Shown piece after piece: positions 8,782-19,107 of a stretch of DNA of 64,000 nucleotides (position 1 is its first letter; every line of letters starts with the position of its first letter). The notes below the pieces were generated by a model. It was not told the origin of the DNA. It did not search any database and saw only the letters and a program-made list of their open reading frames with translations. This stretch comes from an uncultured Bacteroidales bacterium (GTDB lineage Bacteria; Bacteroidota; Bacteroidia; Bacteroidales; CAZJKL01), in the NCBI GenBank assembly GCA_964546655.1, contig CAZJKL010000001.1:2093-66092 (forward strand). Direction: 5' to 3'. The position numbers and the translations under genes are program-made.

Positions 8782-10335
8782 TTATTTAACAATCATTTTA
8801 TTTGTAATTCTTTCTCTGCTTGTTGTAAGAGTGTAGAAATAAACCCCACTTCCCCAATCATTAGCATTTATTTGAACTTTATTTTCACCACTTTGTTTTC
8901 CTAAATCTTTATTATAAACAACTTTTCCTGTAATATCAGATATTGAGATTACTACATTATCGGTATAACCCAAATCATATCTAATATTTGTAGTATTTTC
9001 GAAAGGATTAGGATAGTTTTTAACTGATAAATTATTATTGGTTTCATTAATACCAATATTTTTACTTGCAGCCAAATTATAATCAATTATAAAGTTTTCA
9101 TAAGAATAAGTATTTTCAAAAGCATAAGTATTTATATAATAACCATAATAAGAATCACTAGGGTCAAATTTATTATATTTATTTACAACACCACTTTCAT
9201 TATAATTATCATAACTATAATAAGGGTAAGTATCAGGGCCGTTTTCTTCAAAAGCAAGTAAATTAATATAATTTAAATTTGAAGCAGTATCTTGATTTTT
9301 AACCCATTCATATCCTGGAATAAATCTAAATGTTGAAGTAATCAAATGCTTAGCCTCAATTTTAAAAGCCTTTGGAAGAGGAACATCAATTTTATGACAA
9401 TAAAAATTATTGCTAGAAGGCAATAAAGAGCTATCTTTAAATGTTTCACCAGTTAAAGGAACTTTTATTGTTATTACACTATCAGCAATAAGATTGTCGT
9501 TATTAATATTATATGTCAAAGCATTAATATAAACAGTATCAGTATTAAATTCTGTTTCCATTCCTACAAAATAAGCAGTTCTAATTCTAGTTGTTTGAAT
9601 ATTTAAATCAATTTCAACTAATAAAGTGTCAACAATTTCTCTCTTTAAAACTAGAGGAATTCTGTTGTCAAAATGAGAATAAACACTATCAATTGAATAA
9701 ACAACAGAATCATAGTAAACAGTAAAAATACTGTCAGGAATTATAGTAGTATCAATTAAAGACATTGCAGAATCTCCCATATATTCATCTAGAATATAAT
9801 AATTTGTGTCGTCAGGATTTAAAGAAGTATCAACTATTGCTACATTTATATTTAACGTAGAATCTGGAGTTATTAAAGTGTCATTATATGAAACAGAATC
9901 TAAATTTCTATTATAAATTCCATAAAAACTTAAACCATGTAAATAATAATCATCATTTCTGCCAATATTATACTCACTTGGTTGAATAAAATAATCAGCA
10001 GCAGGGTCTAATATTGTTGAAATTGCATGAATAAAAGGTGTTCCGTAATCAGGGTTTCCATAACTATCTTGAAATTCATAAGCAATGGTAGTGTCAGGGA
10101 ATAATGGACTAATATGAATAATATTTTGATTGTCGCCAACAACTTCTTTAACCATAAAAGCATAGTTGAAAATTCTGTCGAAACTGCCTTTTGTTATTCT
10201 TTGATTTTTGTAATCTAAACTTACTTCTTTTTTAATTGAAGGAAATTTATAATTTGATTTTTGTTCAAGTAATTTTTGCGAAAAAGCAATTTGGAAGATG
10301 CTTAAAATTGCAATAAAAATTAATAGTTTCTTCAT
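8782..10335 (-). CDS. T9SS type A sorting domain-containing secreted protein, unknown function
   Basis: Signal peptide AFS|QKL; C-terminal NYPNPFENTTNIRY...ISDITGKVV...SGVYFYTL...KMIVK sorting domain. Confidence 0.85.
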   Translation of the reverse strand: MKKLLIFIAILSIFQIAFSQKLLEQKSNYKFPSIKKEVSLDYKNQRITKGSFDRIFNYAFMVKEVVGDNQNIIHISPLFPDTTIAYEFQDSYGNPDYGTPFIHAISTILDPAADYFIQPSEYNIGRNDDYYLHGLSFYGIYNRNLDSVSYNDTLITPDSTLNINVAIVDTSLNPDDTNYYILDEYMGDSAMSLIDTTIIPDSIFTVYYDSVVYSIDSVYSHFDNRIPLVLKREIVDTLLVEIDLNIQTTRIRTAYFVGMETEFNTDTVYINALTYNINNDNLIADSVITIKVPLTGETFKDSSLLPSSNNFYCHKIDVPLPKAFKIEAKHLITSTFRFIPGYEWVKNQDTASNLNYINLLAFEENGPDTYPYYSYDNYNESGVVNKYNKFDPSDSYYGYYINTYAFENTYSYENFIIDYNLAASKNIGINETNNNLSVKNYPNPFENTTNIRYDLGYTDNVVISISDITGKVVYNKDLGKQSGENKVQINANDWGSGVYFYTLTTSRERITNKMIVK

Positions 10336-10360
10336 TTTGGGTCTGTTTTAAATAATTTAA

Positions 10361-10376
10361 TAGATTTGCAAAAGTA
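10361..10376. promoter_or_regulatory. Overlapping divergent Bacteroidota -7 promoter motifs
   Basis: TAGATTTG on + (10361-10368) and TACTTTTG on - (10376-10369), between the divergent T9SS cargo gene and prmC. Confidence 0.45.
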
Positions 10377-10460
10377 AGTAATTATTTCTAATAAATTAAT
10401 TAAAAAATAATAAATTAAGAATGCTGTTTTTAGAAAATTATTAACAATAGATATGTTAAA

Positions 10461-11312
10461 ATGAATAAAATTAAAAATTTAAAGCAAAAATTTACAAATG
10501 AGTTAAAGTTTTTATGTGAATTTAACGAAATAGTATCAATTTTTAATATTGTTATTAATCATATAAAATCTTATTCAGCTATTCAAATTACATTAAATCA
10601 AGAAGAAGAATTAAGTAAAATTGAAGTTGATGAAATAAATTTAATTTTAGAAGAATTAAAAAAAGAAAAGCCAATACAATATATTATAGGCGAAACAGAG
10701 TTTTATGGTTTAAAATTTAAAGTTACACCCGATGTATTAATTCCAAGAATGGAAACAGAAGAGTTGGTAGATTTTGTTTTAAAAAGTATTGATAAAAAAA
10801 CTAATATTAAAATAATAGACATTGGAACCGGTTCGGGATGTATTCCTATTTCGATAAAAAAAAATAGCCCAAACTCTATAATTACTGCTATTGATATTTC
10901 AGAGGAAGCTTTAGAAATTGCAAAGTATAATGCAAATGAAAATAATTGTGAAATAAATTTTATTCAAGACGATATTTTAAATCCAAGTTTTTCGAAGTAC
11001 ATTAATCAATATGATATTATAATTAGCAATCCTCCGTATGTTATGGAAAGTGAAAAAGCTAAAATGAAAAATAATGTTTTAAATTATGAACCGCATTTAG
11101 CCTTGTTTGTTGAAGACGAAAATCCATTGGTTTTTTATGAAGCAATTATAAAATTTTCGAAAACAAAACTAAGTGCAAATGGTTTAATTGTTTTTGAATT
11201 TAATGAAGCTTTAGGACAACAAATGATTGAATTAGCTATGAAAAATAATTTTATATTTTTTAAAATTTTGAAAGATATAAATGGTAAAGACAGATTTTTA
11301 CTGTTAAAATAA
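10461..11312 (+). CDS. prmC: Release factor glutamine methyltransferase
   Basis: PIQYIIG, VLIPRMETEEL, DIGTGSGCI and NPPY motifs. Confidence 0.96.
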   Translation: MNKIKNLKQKFTNELKFLCEFNEIVSIFNIVINHIKSYSAIQITLNQEEELSKIEVDEINLILEELKKEKPIQYIIGETEFYGLKFKVTPDVLIPRMETEELVDFVLKSIDKKTNIKIIDIGTGSGCIPISIKKNSPNSIITAIDISEEALEIAKYNANENNCEINFIQDDILNPSFSKYINQYDIIISNPPYVMESEKAKMKNNVLNYEPHLALFVEDENPLVFYEAIIKFSKTKLSANGLIVFEFNEALGQQMIELAMKNNFIFFKILKDINGKDRFLLLK

Positions 11313-11314
11313 AT

Positions 11315-13150
11315 TTATTCAACAACAGCTTCTTCTAATTTCAAATTATCGATAATAAATTTTTGGCGTTCAGGAGTGTTTTTTCCCATATAAAAATTAA
11401 GCATTTCATGAATACTGTCGGTTCTTTTAAACATAACAGGTTCTAGTCGAATGCTTTTGCCAATAAAATTTTTAAATTCATCAGGTGAAATTTCTCCTAA
11501 ACCTTTAAATCTAGTAATCTCAGCCTTTTTTCCTAATTCATTAATTGCTTTAACTCGTTCATCTTCATTATAGCAATAATAAGTTTTTTTGGTATTTCTA
11601 ATTCTAAATAAAGGTGTTTGCAAAATATATAAATGACCAGCTTTTATTAATTCTGGGAAAAATTGCAAGAAAAAAGTTAGCAATAACAATCTAATATGCA
11701 TGCCGTCAACATCGGCATCAGTAGAAATAATAATATTATTATATTTCAATTCGTCAATACCATTTTCAATATTAAGAGCATGGTAAAGAAGGTTAAATTC
11801 TTCGTTTTCGTATATAACTTTTTTACTTAAACCAAGAGTATTTAATGGTTTTCCTTTTAGGCTGAATACAGCTTGAGTATTAACATCTCTAGCTTTAGTT
11901 ATAGAACCACTAGCCGAGTCACCCTCGGTAATAAAAATACTTGATTCTTTGCTTCTTTCGTCTTTTGAATAAAAGTGAATACGGCAATCTCTAAGTTTTT
12001 TATTGTGAACATTAGCTTTTTTAGCTTTTTCTTTTGCAACTTTTTTTATGTTCGAAAGAGCCTTGCGTTCATTTTCGGTTTCAACAATTTTGCTTAAAAG
12101 AAGGTCTGCTGTTTCAGGATTTTTATGTAAAAAATTATCTAATTGTTTTTTTATAAAATCATTAACAAAAGCTTTTATTGTAACACCGTCTGGTTCAACA
12201 TATTGAGAACCTAATTTAGTTTTAGTTTGAGATTCGAAAACCGGTTCGGTAACTTTTATGCTAAAAGCTGCGATAATAGAAGTCCTTATATCAGAAGGCT
12301 CAAGATTTTTATTGTAATATTCACGAATAGTTTTTACTAAACATTCCCTTAAAGCTAATTGATGAGTGCCGCCTTGCGGGGTATATTGTCCGTTAACAAA
12401 TGAATAATATTCTTCGCCATATTTATTTTTAGAATGAGTAAGAGCAAGTTCTATGTCTTCGCCCTTTAAATGAATTATAGGATAAACAATGTCATCATTT
12501 ATATTTCTTTCTAATAAATCTTTTAAACCATTTTCCGAATAAATTTTATTGCCATTATAATTAATGGTAAGACCTGCATTTAAAAAAACATAATTCCAAA
12601 GAAGTCTTTCGATATGTTCTTCAATATAAATATATTTTCCAAAAATTTCTTCATCAGGAATAAAACTAATTTTAGTTCCATTTTTCGAATTAGTTTCGCC
12701 AGTAATATCTGAAGTAACTACCCCAGTATTAAACTCAACCGTTCTTGTTTTTTTATCACGAACAGATTGAACTTTAAAATAAGAAGAAAGAGCATTTACC
12801 GCTTTTGTTCCTACACCATTAAGTCCAACAGATTTTTTAAAAACTTTGCTATCGTATTTTGCACCTGTATTTATTTTAGAAACACAATCAATAATGCTTC
12901 CTAAAGGAATTCCTCTGCCATAATCTCGAACAGTAATAGTTTTATCATTAACACTAACATCAATGTATCTACCATTGCCCATAACAAACTCATCTATAGA
13001 ATTATCTATTACTTCTTTAAGCAGAATATAAACACCATCGTCATAAGAGTGACCATCTCCTAATTTTCCGATATACATACCGGGTCTTAGTCGTATATGT
13101 TCTTTCCAATCTAATGATTTGATGCTCTCTTCGTTATATTGTTCTGACAT
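11315..13150 (-). CDS. parE: DNA topoisomerase IV subunit B
   Basis: [41 protein letters not shown] and RFKGLGEI motifs. The 611-aa length and [10 protein letters not shown] segment fit Bacteroidota ParE rather than GyrB. Confidence 0.92.
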   Translation of the reverse strand: MSEQYNEESIKSLDWKEHIRLRPGMYIGKLGDGHSYDDGVYILLKEVIDNSIDEFVMGNGRYIDVSVNDKTITVRDYGRGIPLGSIIDCVSKINTGAKYDSKVFKKSVGLNGVGTKAVNALSSYFKVQSVRDKKTRTVEFNTGVVTSDITGETNSKNGTKISFIPDEEIFGKYIYIEEHIERLLWNYVFLNAGLTINYNGNKIYSENGLKDLLERNINDDIVYPIIHLKGEDIELALTHSKNKYGEEYYSFVNGQYTPQGGTHQLALRECLVKTIREYYNKNLEPSDIRTSIIAAFSIKVTEPVFESQTKTKLGSQYVEPDGVTIKAFVNDFIKKQLDNFLHKNPETADLLLSKIVETENERKALSNIKKVAKEKAKKANVHNKKLRDCRIHFYSKDERSKESSIFITEGDSASGSITKARDVNTQAVFSLKGKPLNTLGLSKKVIYENEEFNLLYHALNIENGIDELKYNNIIISTDADVDGMHIRLLLLTFFLQFFPELIKAGHLYILQTPLFRIRNTKKTYYCYNEDERVKAINELGKKAEITRFKGLGEISPDEFKNFIGKSIRLEPVMFKRTDSIHEMLNFYMGKNTPERQKFIIDNLKLEEAVVE

Positions 13151-13168
13151 AGAATTTATAAATTTTTA

Positions 13169-13176
13169 CAAAGATA
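13169..13176 (-). promoter_or_regulatory. Bacteroidota -7 promoter element for parE
   Basis: TATCTTTG on the minus strand, about 20 nt upstream of the parE ATG. Confidence 0.55.
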
Positions 13177-13254
13177 TAGTCTTTCTTATAAAAAATATAG
13201 GAAAATTTAAAATTAGATATTAAAAGAAATTAACAGGGTTAAAAACAATTTTTA

Positions 13255-14007
13255 TTAGTAGAATCTATAGGTCAGACCTAAAGTTAGTCCTCCATAAAAA
13301 ATATGAGTCCCTTTATGAACAGCTGAATTTTCTACAAATACAGCTTGAATATTTCTGCCATAAGCGTCAATTCCCTGAGCATCGGTAAAGCTATAACTAG
13401 CCCTTGCTCCAACTTTTAATATTAAAGCTTCTTGGTATAAATTAAAATAAGACCCAAAACCAAATACTGCCGAAACATATTTTTTTACAAACTGTTCTTT
13501 AACATCAGCACCCTCAACATCTCCAATTTGAAAAATTGAATTTTTGATACTTAAAGGGTCAGTATTCCATGTTAAATTATATTTTCCTGAATTTAAAATA
13601 GAAAATTGAGGCCCTATTTCTATATAACCATTTTCACCGGCTTTTATTTTTAAAAGAACAGGAACATTAAATAAAGAAAGGTCAACTCTTGAGTTAAAAC
13701 TACCCGCACTATTAGTGTATAACTGAGAAACCGCAGAATATTCAAATTCAATAGCAGGGTAAAAAATAGATATATCAAAAATTACCTCAAAATCGGCTCC
13801 AACATTATATCCAAAAGATAGTTCTGTGTTTTGAGTATCACCAACATCTAAGATATTTTTATTCATTAAAAATGTAGTGTTGTATGTAAAATGACCACCA
13901 GGACAAATTAAATATCTAGATCTTCTTCCTACTCCTCTTCCAAAATCAGTACCCCAACTAAAATCAGATATTATTAAGATTATGATTATAAAAAAATACT
14001 TTTTCAT
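13255..14007 (-). CDS. Outer membrane beta-barrel protein (PorT/OmpA-like porin family)
   Basis: Signal peptide; FNVPVLLK and YIEIGPQFSIL strands; C-terminal GLTYRFY. Confidence 0.75.
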   Translation of the reverse strand: MKKYFFIIIILIISDFSWGTDFGRGVGRRSRYLICPGGHFTYNTTFLMNKNILDVGDTQNTELSFGYNVGADFEVIFDISIFYPAIEFEYSAVSQLYTNSAGSFNSRVDLSLFNVPVLLKIKAGENGYIEIGPQFSILNSGKYNLTWNTDPLSIKNSIFQIGDVEGADVKEQFVKKYVSAVFGFGSYFNLYQEALILKVGARASYSFTDAQGIDAYGRNIQAVFVENSAVHKGTHIFYGGLTLGLTYRFY

Positions 14008-15023
14008 TATTTATTTGATTTAGTTTTTTTACTTTTTGCTTCTTTTTTATCTTGTTTTGATTTATAAGGCTTTGAATTTCCAAATATAGAAAAATTTAAA
14101 TATCGATGAGGATTTAATCTAATATCTTCTAAAAGTATATCTAAGTTTTTTGAAGCTTGAGCTAAATCTTCATATAATTTTTTATCATTAGCAAGCATTC
14201 CTAAACTGCCTTTGCCTTGCGAAATATCGGTTAATACTATATTGCACTTTTCTAATGTTTTGTTTGCAGTTGAAATAGTTGAAACAATATTTGCTTTAGC
14301 TAAAGAATCGCTAACAGAAGAAAAATTATTAATAATATTTGTTAATACCCCATTATTGTTTTTAAGATTTGTTGATATCGATTCAAGATTTGAAAAGAAA
14401 ACAGATAAATTTCCTTTGTTATTAGTGAAAACTGTATCTAAATTTGATGTAATATTTTCAATATTTCCTACAACACTTTTTAAATTGGTAAAACTATTAT
14501 TAATGTTTTGAATAGTTTGTTTATTGAAAATTGCTCTAATAACAACCATAGCCGAGTCTATAGAAGACATCATTTCTTCGGCTTTCTTTTTTATTGGAGC
14601 AAGTTGAATATCAACGCTTTCAGCTAAACTTATTTGAACATCCGAGGTTAAAGTATCACCATCTTTAATATTAATAGGGCTATCTTTTAATTCTAATTGA
14701 ATAATTTTCGAACCTAATAAATCTGAATTTATTATTTTAGCTATAGAATTATTTGGTATATTAATATTGGTTTTATTAACAGAAAAACTTACGATTATGC
14801 GACCTGAATTATCTGGATGAAAATAAATATTATCAATATTCCCAATATTAAAACCATTTATTTGAACCGCACTACCAACATCTAATCCTTCAATTTTATT
14901 AAAAACGGAGTATAATTCAACTCTATTGTCGAAAACATCTCGGCCCTTTAAAAAGTTTAGACCCCAAACAATAGCTATAACACTAACAACTACAATTAAT
15001 CCTATTTTTATTTCTTTTTTCAA
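14007..15023 (-). CDS. MCE/MlaD family protein
   Basis: N-terminal TM anchor KKEIKIGLIVV..WGLNFLKG; GLDVGSAVQINGFNIG MCE motif; helical tail ending DIRLNPHRY. Confidence 0.9.
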   Translation of the reverse strand: MKKEIKIGLIVVVSVIAIVWGLNFLKGRDVFDNRVELYSVFNKIEGLDVGSAVQINGFNIGNIDNIYFHPDNSGRIIVSFSVNKTNINIPNNSIAKIINSDLLGSKIIQLELKDSPINIKDGDTLTSDVQISLAESVDIQLAPIKKKAEEMMSSIDSAMVVIRAIFNKQTIQNINNSFTNLKSVVGNIENITSNLDTVFTNNKGNLSVFFSNLESISTNLKNNNGVLTNIINNFSSVSDSLAKANIVSTISTANKTLEKCNIVLTDISQGKGSLGMLANDKKLYEDLAQASKNLDILLEDIRLNPHRYLNFSIFGNSKPYKSKQDKKEAKSKKTKSNK

Positions 15024-15057
15024 TTTAATTTAATTTTTGTAAAGTTAAAAATACTTT

Positions 15058-16221
15058 TTAATTAGCTAAAGCTTCTTTAAGAGAAATTCTTTTATTATTT
15101 TTAAATGCGATAATAAATGCATCATTAAATCCCAATTGTTTCACTTCTTTCTGTATTTCTAAAATTTTTCTATAATCATTTTCTTCTCCAGTTGTGTATT
15201 TATATGAGTCATTATTCAAATATTCTTTAACTGTTAATCCCTTGAATTTTTCAGAATTCAAAGGTATTCTAGCACTTGAAGATGTTAGTTGAACTTTGTA
15301 AATAACTTTGTTTTCATCCATAATACTTGTTGACTGAGATGAATTACTATTATTAATACTATTATCTGATTCAGTTGCATTATTTGTTGATGAATTATGC
15401 TTTTCCTTAATTATTTCACCCATCGACTTATCCATAGTGTTTTTATACTCAGAAAAGGCTTTAAAAATTGAATTTGATATTTCTTGTTGTGATTCTTCTT
15501 TTACTAAATATTGCTCTTCGTTTGAATTAGACAAAAATCCAATTTCAATTAAAACACTCGGCATTGTCGGTTGATATAGAACAAGAAATCCAGCTTGATT
15601 AACACCTCTGTCAAATCTTCCTAAACCTTTAAGTTTAGTTTGAACTTTTTCAGCAAAAGAGATGCTTTGCATCATATTTGTATTTACAAACAAACTAAAT
15701 TTAATATAATCTTCTACAGAATTAGGGTTAAACCCTTCGTATTTCATTTCATAATTATCTTCCATTAAAATAGCAGAGTTTTCTCTTTTTGCAATTTCTA
15801 AACTTGCTTCTGATTTATGAATACCCATGACAAACGTTTCGGCTCCGAAAGGAGTGCTACTTGGGTTTGCATTACAATGTATTGAAATAAATAAATCAGC
15901 ATCATTTTTATTTGCTATTTTTGCTCTTTGGTTTAATTCAATAAATTGATCATCGCTTCTTGTGTAAATAACTTTTACATCGCTATAATTTTGTTTTATT
16001 AAATTACCTATTTTTAATGCAACAGATAAAACAATATCTTTTTCATAAACACCATTTCTGCTAACACATCCTGGATCTTTGCCTCCATGACCGGCATCAA
16101 TAACAACAGTTTTTATCTTGTACGAATACAATTCTTGCGATAAAACCGTTACAGATAAATTAATAAAGATTAATATTGCAAAAAAAAATATTATATTATT
16201 TTTAAAAAGTTGCTTTAACAT
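15058..16221 (-). CDS. N-acetylmuramoyl-L-alanine amidase (Amidase_3)
   Basis: VVIDAGHGGKDPG, FISIHCNA and MPSVLIEIGFLSN motifs; SPOR-like C-terminus. Confidence 0.95.
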   Translation of the reverse strand: MLKQLFKNNIIFFFAILIFINLSVTVLSQELYSYKIKTVVIDAGHGGKDPGCVSRNGVYEKDIVLSVALKIGNLIKQNYSDVKVIYTRSDDQFIELNQRAKIANKNDADLFISIHCNANPSSTPFGAETFVMGIHKSEASLEIAKRENSAILMEDNYEMKYEGFNPNSVEDYIKFSLFVNTNMMQSISFAEKVQTKLKGLGRFDRGVNQAGFLVLYQPTMPSVLIEIGFLSNSNEEQYLVKEESQQEISNSIFKAFSEYKNTMDKSMGEIIKEKHNSSTNNATESDNSINNSNSSQSTSIMDENKVIYKVQLTSSSARIPLNSEKFKGLTVKEYLNNDSYKYTTGEENDYRKILEIQKEVKQLGFNDAFIIAFKNNKRISLKEALAN

Positions 16222-16285
16222 ATATAAATCATTCTAATGAATTTATTAGTTTTGGTCTTTTATTTCAAAATACAAAAATATTAAA

Positions 16286-18934
16286 TTGATATTAATTAAA
16301 TACATAAAATTCGTTTTTTGCAGAATATTTTTATTTCTGCTTGTTTTGTGTCTTAATTTTAAGGCTTATTCAATGCCTAATTATTTAGTTGCTTTTGCCC
16401 CAGATTCTGTGCTTTTAACTGATACAATAAAGGTTGATTCTGTTCTAAAAACTGATAATAAAATAATTGAAAAAGATACAAGCAAAATTCTTTCTGATGA
16501 TGCCATTGAAACAAAAATCACATATATAGCAAAAGATTCGATCAGATTTTTGATTGGTGAGAAGAAAATGTATCTTTTTGGTAATGCAGAAGTTAAGTAT
16601 GAAGATATTACTTTAAAATCTGATTATATCGAAATTAATATGGATTCGCGTGTTGTTTTAGCAAAAGGCACCTCAGATTCTCTTGGTAAAGTTATTGGAA
16701 AACCTGTTTTTTTGCAAAACGAACAAACATTTAAGGCAAGTATTATCGAGTATAATATGGATACCAAAAAAGGTAAAATATATGATATTATTACAAAAGA
16801 AGGTGATGGGGTTATTCATGGCGAAGATGTTAAAAAACATCCTAACAATGAAGTTCATATTTGTGGAGGTAAATATACAACTTGCGATTTAGACCACCCT
16901 CATTTTTATATTAAAGCTGAAAAAATTAAAGTTATTCCCGACGATAAAATTGTTACTGGTCCAGCTTATCTTGTTGTTGAAGATGTTCCTTTGCCTTTGG
17001 TTTTGCCTTTTGGAATTTTTCCTAACAAAAAAGGTGCAAAGTCTGGGGTTCTTATACCTTCTTTTGATGAGTCGGCGAATAGAGGATTTTTTCTTAAAGA
17101 TTTAGGCTATTTTATTAATGTTAGCGATAAAGTTAATACTTCTGTTTTAGGTGATATTTATTCTAATGGAAGTTGGGGACTTAAAACTTTAACTAATTAT
17201 AAAACTTTGTATAAATATAATGGAAGTTTAAATGTTAGTTATTCTCGATTATATGATGGTTTACAAGGTTTGCCCGACACACCTAAAAGCACCGATTTCT
17301 TTATTAGATGGACTCACAGTCAAGATGCTAAAGCTCGCCCTAATAGCAGATTTTCGGCAAATGTTAATGCCGGGACAGGAAGTTATCATACAAATAACCC
17401 TTCTGCATCTAGTGATTTCCTTTCTAATACTTTTAGTTCATCGGTTTCTTATCAAAAAACTTTTGCTGGCACGCCTTTTAATATGTCGGTTAATTTAAAC
17501 CATTCACAAAACTCTAAAACTAAAATAGTTAGCTTAGGTGTTCCTGAAATAACTTTTAATATGAATCGAATTTTTCCTTTCGAAAGAAAAAGCAGAATAG
17601 GATCGCCAAAAGTTTGGGAAAAAATTAGTGTTAGTTATAATTTTAATATTAAAAATGAGTTAAAAAAAGCAGACTCTCTTATTTTTTCGCCATCAACTAC
17701 TATTAAAGATTTGAATAATGGAATTAAGCACAGTATTCCAATTAGCACAAATATGAAATTGTTAAGTTACTTTAATTTAACGCCATCTTTTGTTTATACC
17801 GAAAGGTGGTATCCGAGAAGTGTAAAAAAAGAATGGGACGAAACTTCGAATTCGGTTATAGTTAAAGATGTTTTTGAGTTTTCGAGAGCTTATGATTATA
17901 ATTTTAATACTAATTTAACTACAAAACTTTATGGTTTAATTGCCACTAAGAAAAATTTCCCTTTAAAAGCATTAAGACATGTTTTAACTCCTTCTGTAGG
18001 ATATACATATAAACCTGATTTTAGTAAACAAAAATGGGGTTTTTACGATTCGGTGCAAGTTGATACTTTAGGAAATAAAGTTTTATATTCTAAATTTGAT
18101 GGCGGAACTAATTATTGGTCAGGTATATACGGTAGTCCATCGTCTTATGAGCAAAGTATGTTAAATTTTTCTATTAGTAATAATCTCGAAATTAAAATCA
18201 GGAACAGAAAAGATACTATTACAGGAATAAAAAAAGTTGTTTTAATTGAAGATTTAAGATTTAGCTCTTCTTATAATTTTGCGGCTGATTCATTGAAATG
18301 GTCAAAAATAAATATATCAGGTAGAACTAAATTGTTTAATCGTTTATATATTAATTACACAGCACGACTCGATCCTTATGTTATGTATCAAGATAAGATT
18401 AACAGCAATTACTATAATATAAATATTTTCGAATATAATAAATTTGGAAGATTAGCAAGAATGATGGATTCTAAATGGAGCTTTTCATTGCAATTAGCTT
18501 TAGATCCTAAAATGTTTGAGAAGAAAGATAATAATGTTTCGAAGAACGAAGAAAAAAGCGAATACTTTAAAATTCCTTGGAATGTTAATGTAAATTACTC
18601 ATTAAACTACGGGGAGGTTTATTATTATAATAATTTAGGTAAAGTTGATTCTATTGCTAAGGATACTACTCATACTATTGATTTTAACGGAGGTTTTGAT
18701 ATATCTCCTAATTGGAGAATTGGATACAGAACGGGTTATGATATTGTTAATAATGATATAACCTATACTGAACTTAACTTGTATCGTAGTTTGCATTGCT
18801 GGGAATTAGAATTTAAATGGATTCCTTACGGTATGCAAAAGAAATATGAAGTTAATATTCACGTAAAATCACCAATTTTAGAAGGATTAAAAGTAGAAAG
18901 GAAAAAAGATTGGCGTGATGCTTATCAGCGGTAA
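16286..18934 (+). CDS. lptD: Putative LPS assembly protein LptD (Bacteroidota type)
   Basis: YTTCDLDHPHFY, PLVLPFGIFP and LYRSLHCWE motifs; divergent from the amidase-MCE pair; TAGTTTTG -7 motif at 16247-16254. Confidence 0.88.
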   Translation: MILIKYIKFVFCRIFLFLLVLCLNFKAYSMPNYLVAFAPDSVLLTDTIKVDSVLKTDNKIIEKDTSKILSDDAIETKITYIAKDSIRFLIGEKKMYLFGNAEVKYEDITLKSDYIEINMDSRVVLAKGTSDSLGKVIGKPVFLQNEQTFKASIIEYNMDTKKGKIYDIITKEGDGVIHGEDVKKHPNNEVHICGGKYTTCDLDHPHFYIKAEKIKVIPDDKIVTGPAYLVVEDVPLPLVLPFGIFPNKKGAKSGVLIPSFDESANRGFFLKDLGYFINVSDKVNTSVLGDIYSNGSWGLKTLTNYKTLYKYNGSLNVSYSRLYDGLQGLPDTPKSTDFFIRWTHSQDAKARPNSRFSANVNAGTGSYHTNNPSASSDFLSNTFSSSVSYQKTFAGTPFNMSVNLNHSQNSKTKIVSLGVPEITFNMNRIFPFERKSRIGSPKVWEKISVSYNFNIKNELKKADSLIFSPSTTIKDLNNGIKHSIPISTNMKLLSYFNLTPSFVYTERWYPRSVKKEWDETSNSVIVKDVFEFSRAYDYNFNTNLTTKLYGLIATKKNFPLKALRHVLTPSVGYTYKPDFSKQKWGFYDSVQVDTLGNKVLYSKFDGGTNYWSGIYGSPSSYEQSMLNFSISNNLEIKIRNRKDTITGIKKVVLIEDLRFSSSYNFAADSLKWSKINISGRTKLFNRLYINYTARLDPYVMYQDKINSNYYNINIFEYNKFGRLARMMDSKWSFSLQLALDPKMFEKKDNNVSKNEEKSEYFKIPWNVNVNYSLNYGEVYYYNNLGKVDSIAKDTTHTIDFNGGFDISPNWRIGYRTGYDIVNNDITYTELNLYRSLHCWELEFKWIPYGMQKKYEVNIHVKSPILEGLKVERKKDWRDAYQR

Positions 18935-19031
18935 ATTTAAAATGTGATTTTTTAATTTAAATCTTTTAAAATCGAATATTAATTATAAAGAAATTATTAT
19001 TTGAAAATTGTCTAAATCATTGAAAATAAAT

Positions 19032-19039
19032 TAATTTTG
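19032..19039 (+). promoter_or_regulatory. -7 promoter element upstream of the five-gene operon
   Basis: TAATTTTG followed by C, about 70 nt before the ATG at 19108. Confidence 0.45.
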
Positions 19040-19107
19040 CTAAATAATTAAAAGGGGTTTTCAATTTTTTATTATTATAGTCGGTATCATATAAAATACA
19101 AAAGATT

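Noticed and set aside
11315-13150. parE without adjacent parC
   Set aside because: The two subunit genes are often not adjacent in Bacteroidota, so this is not unusual.
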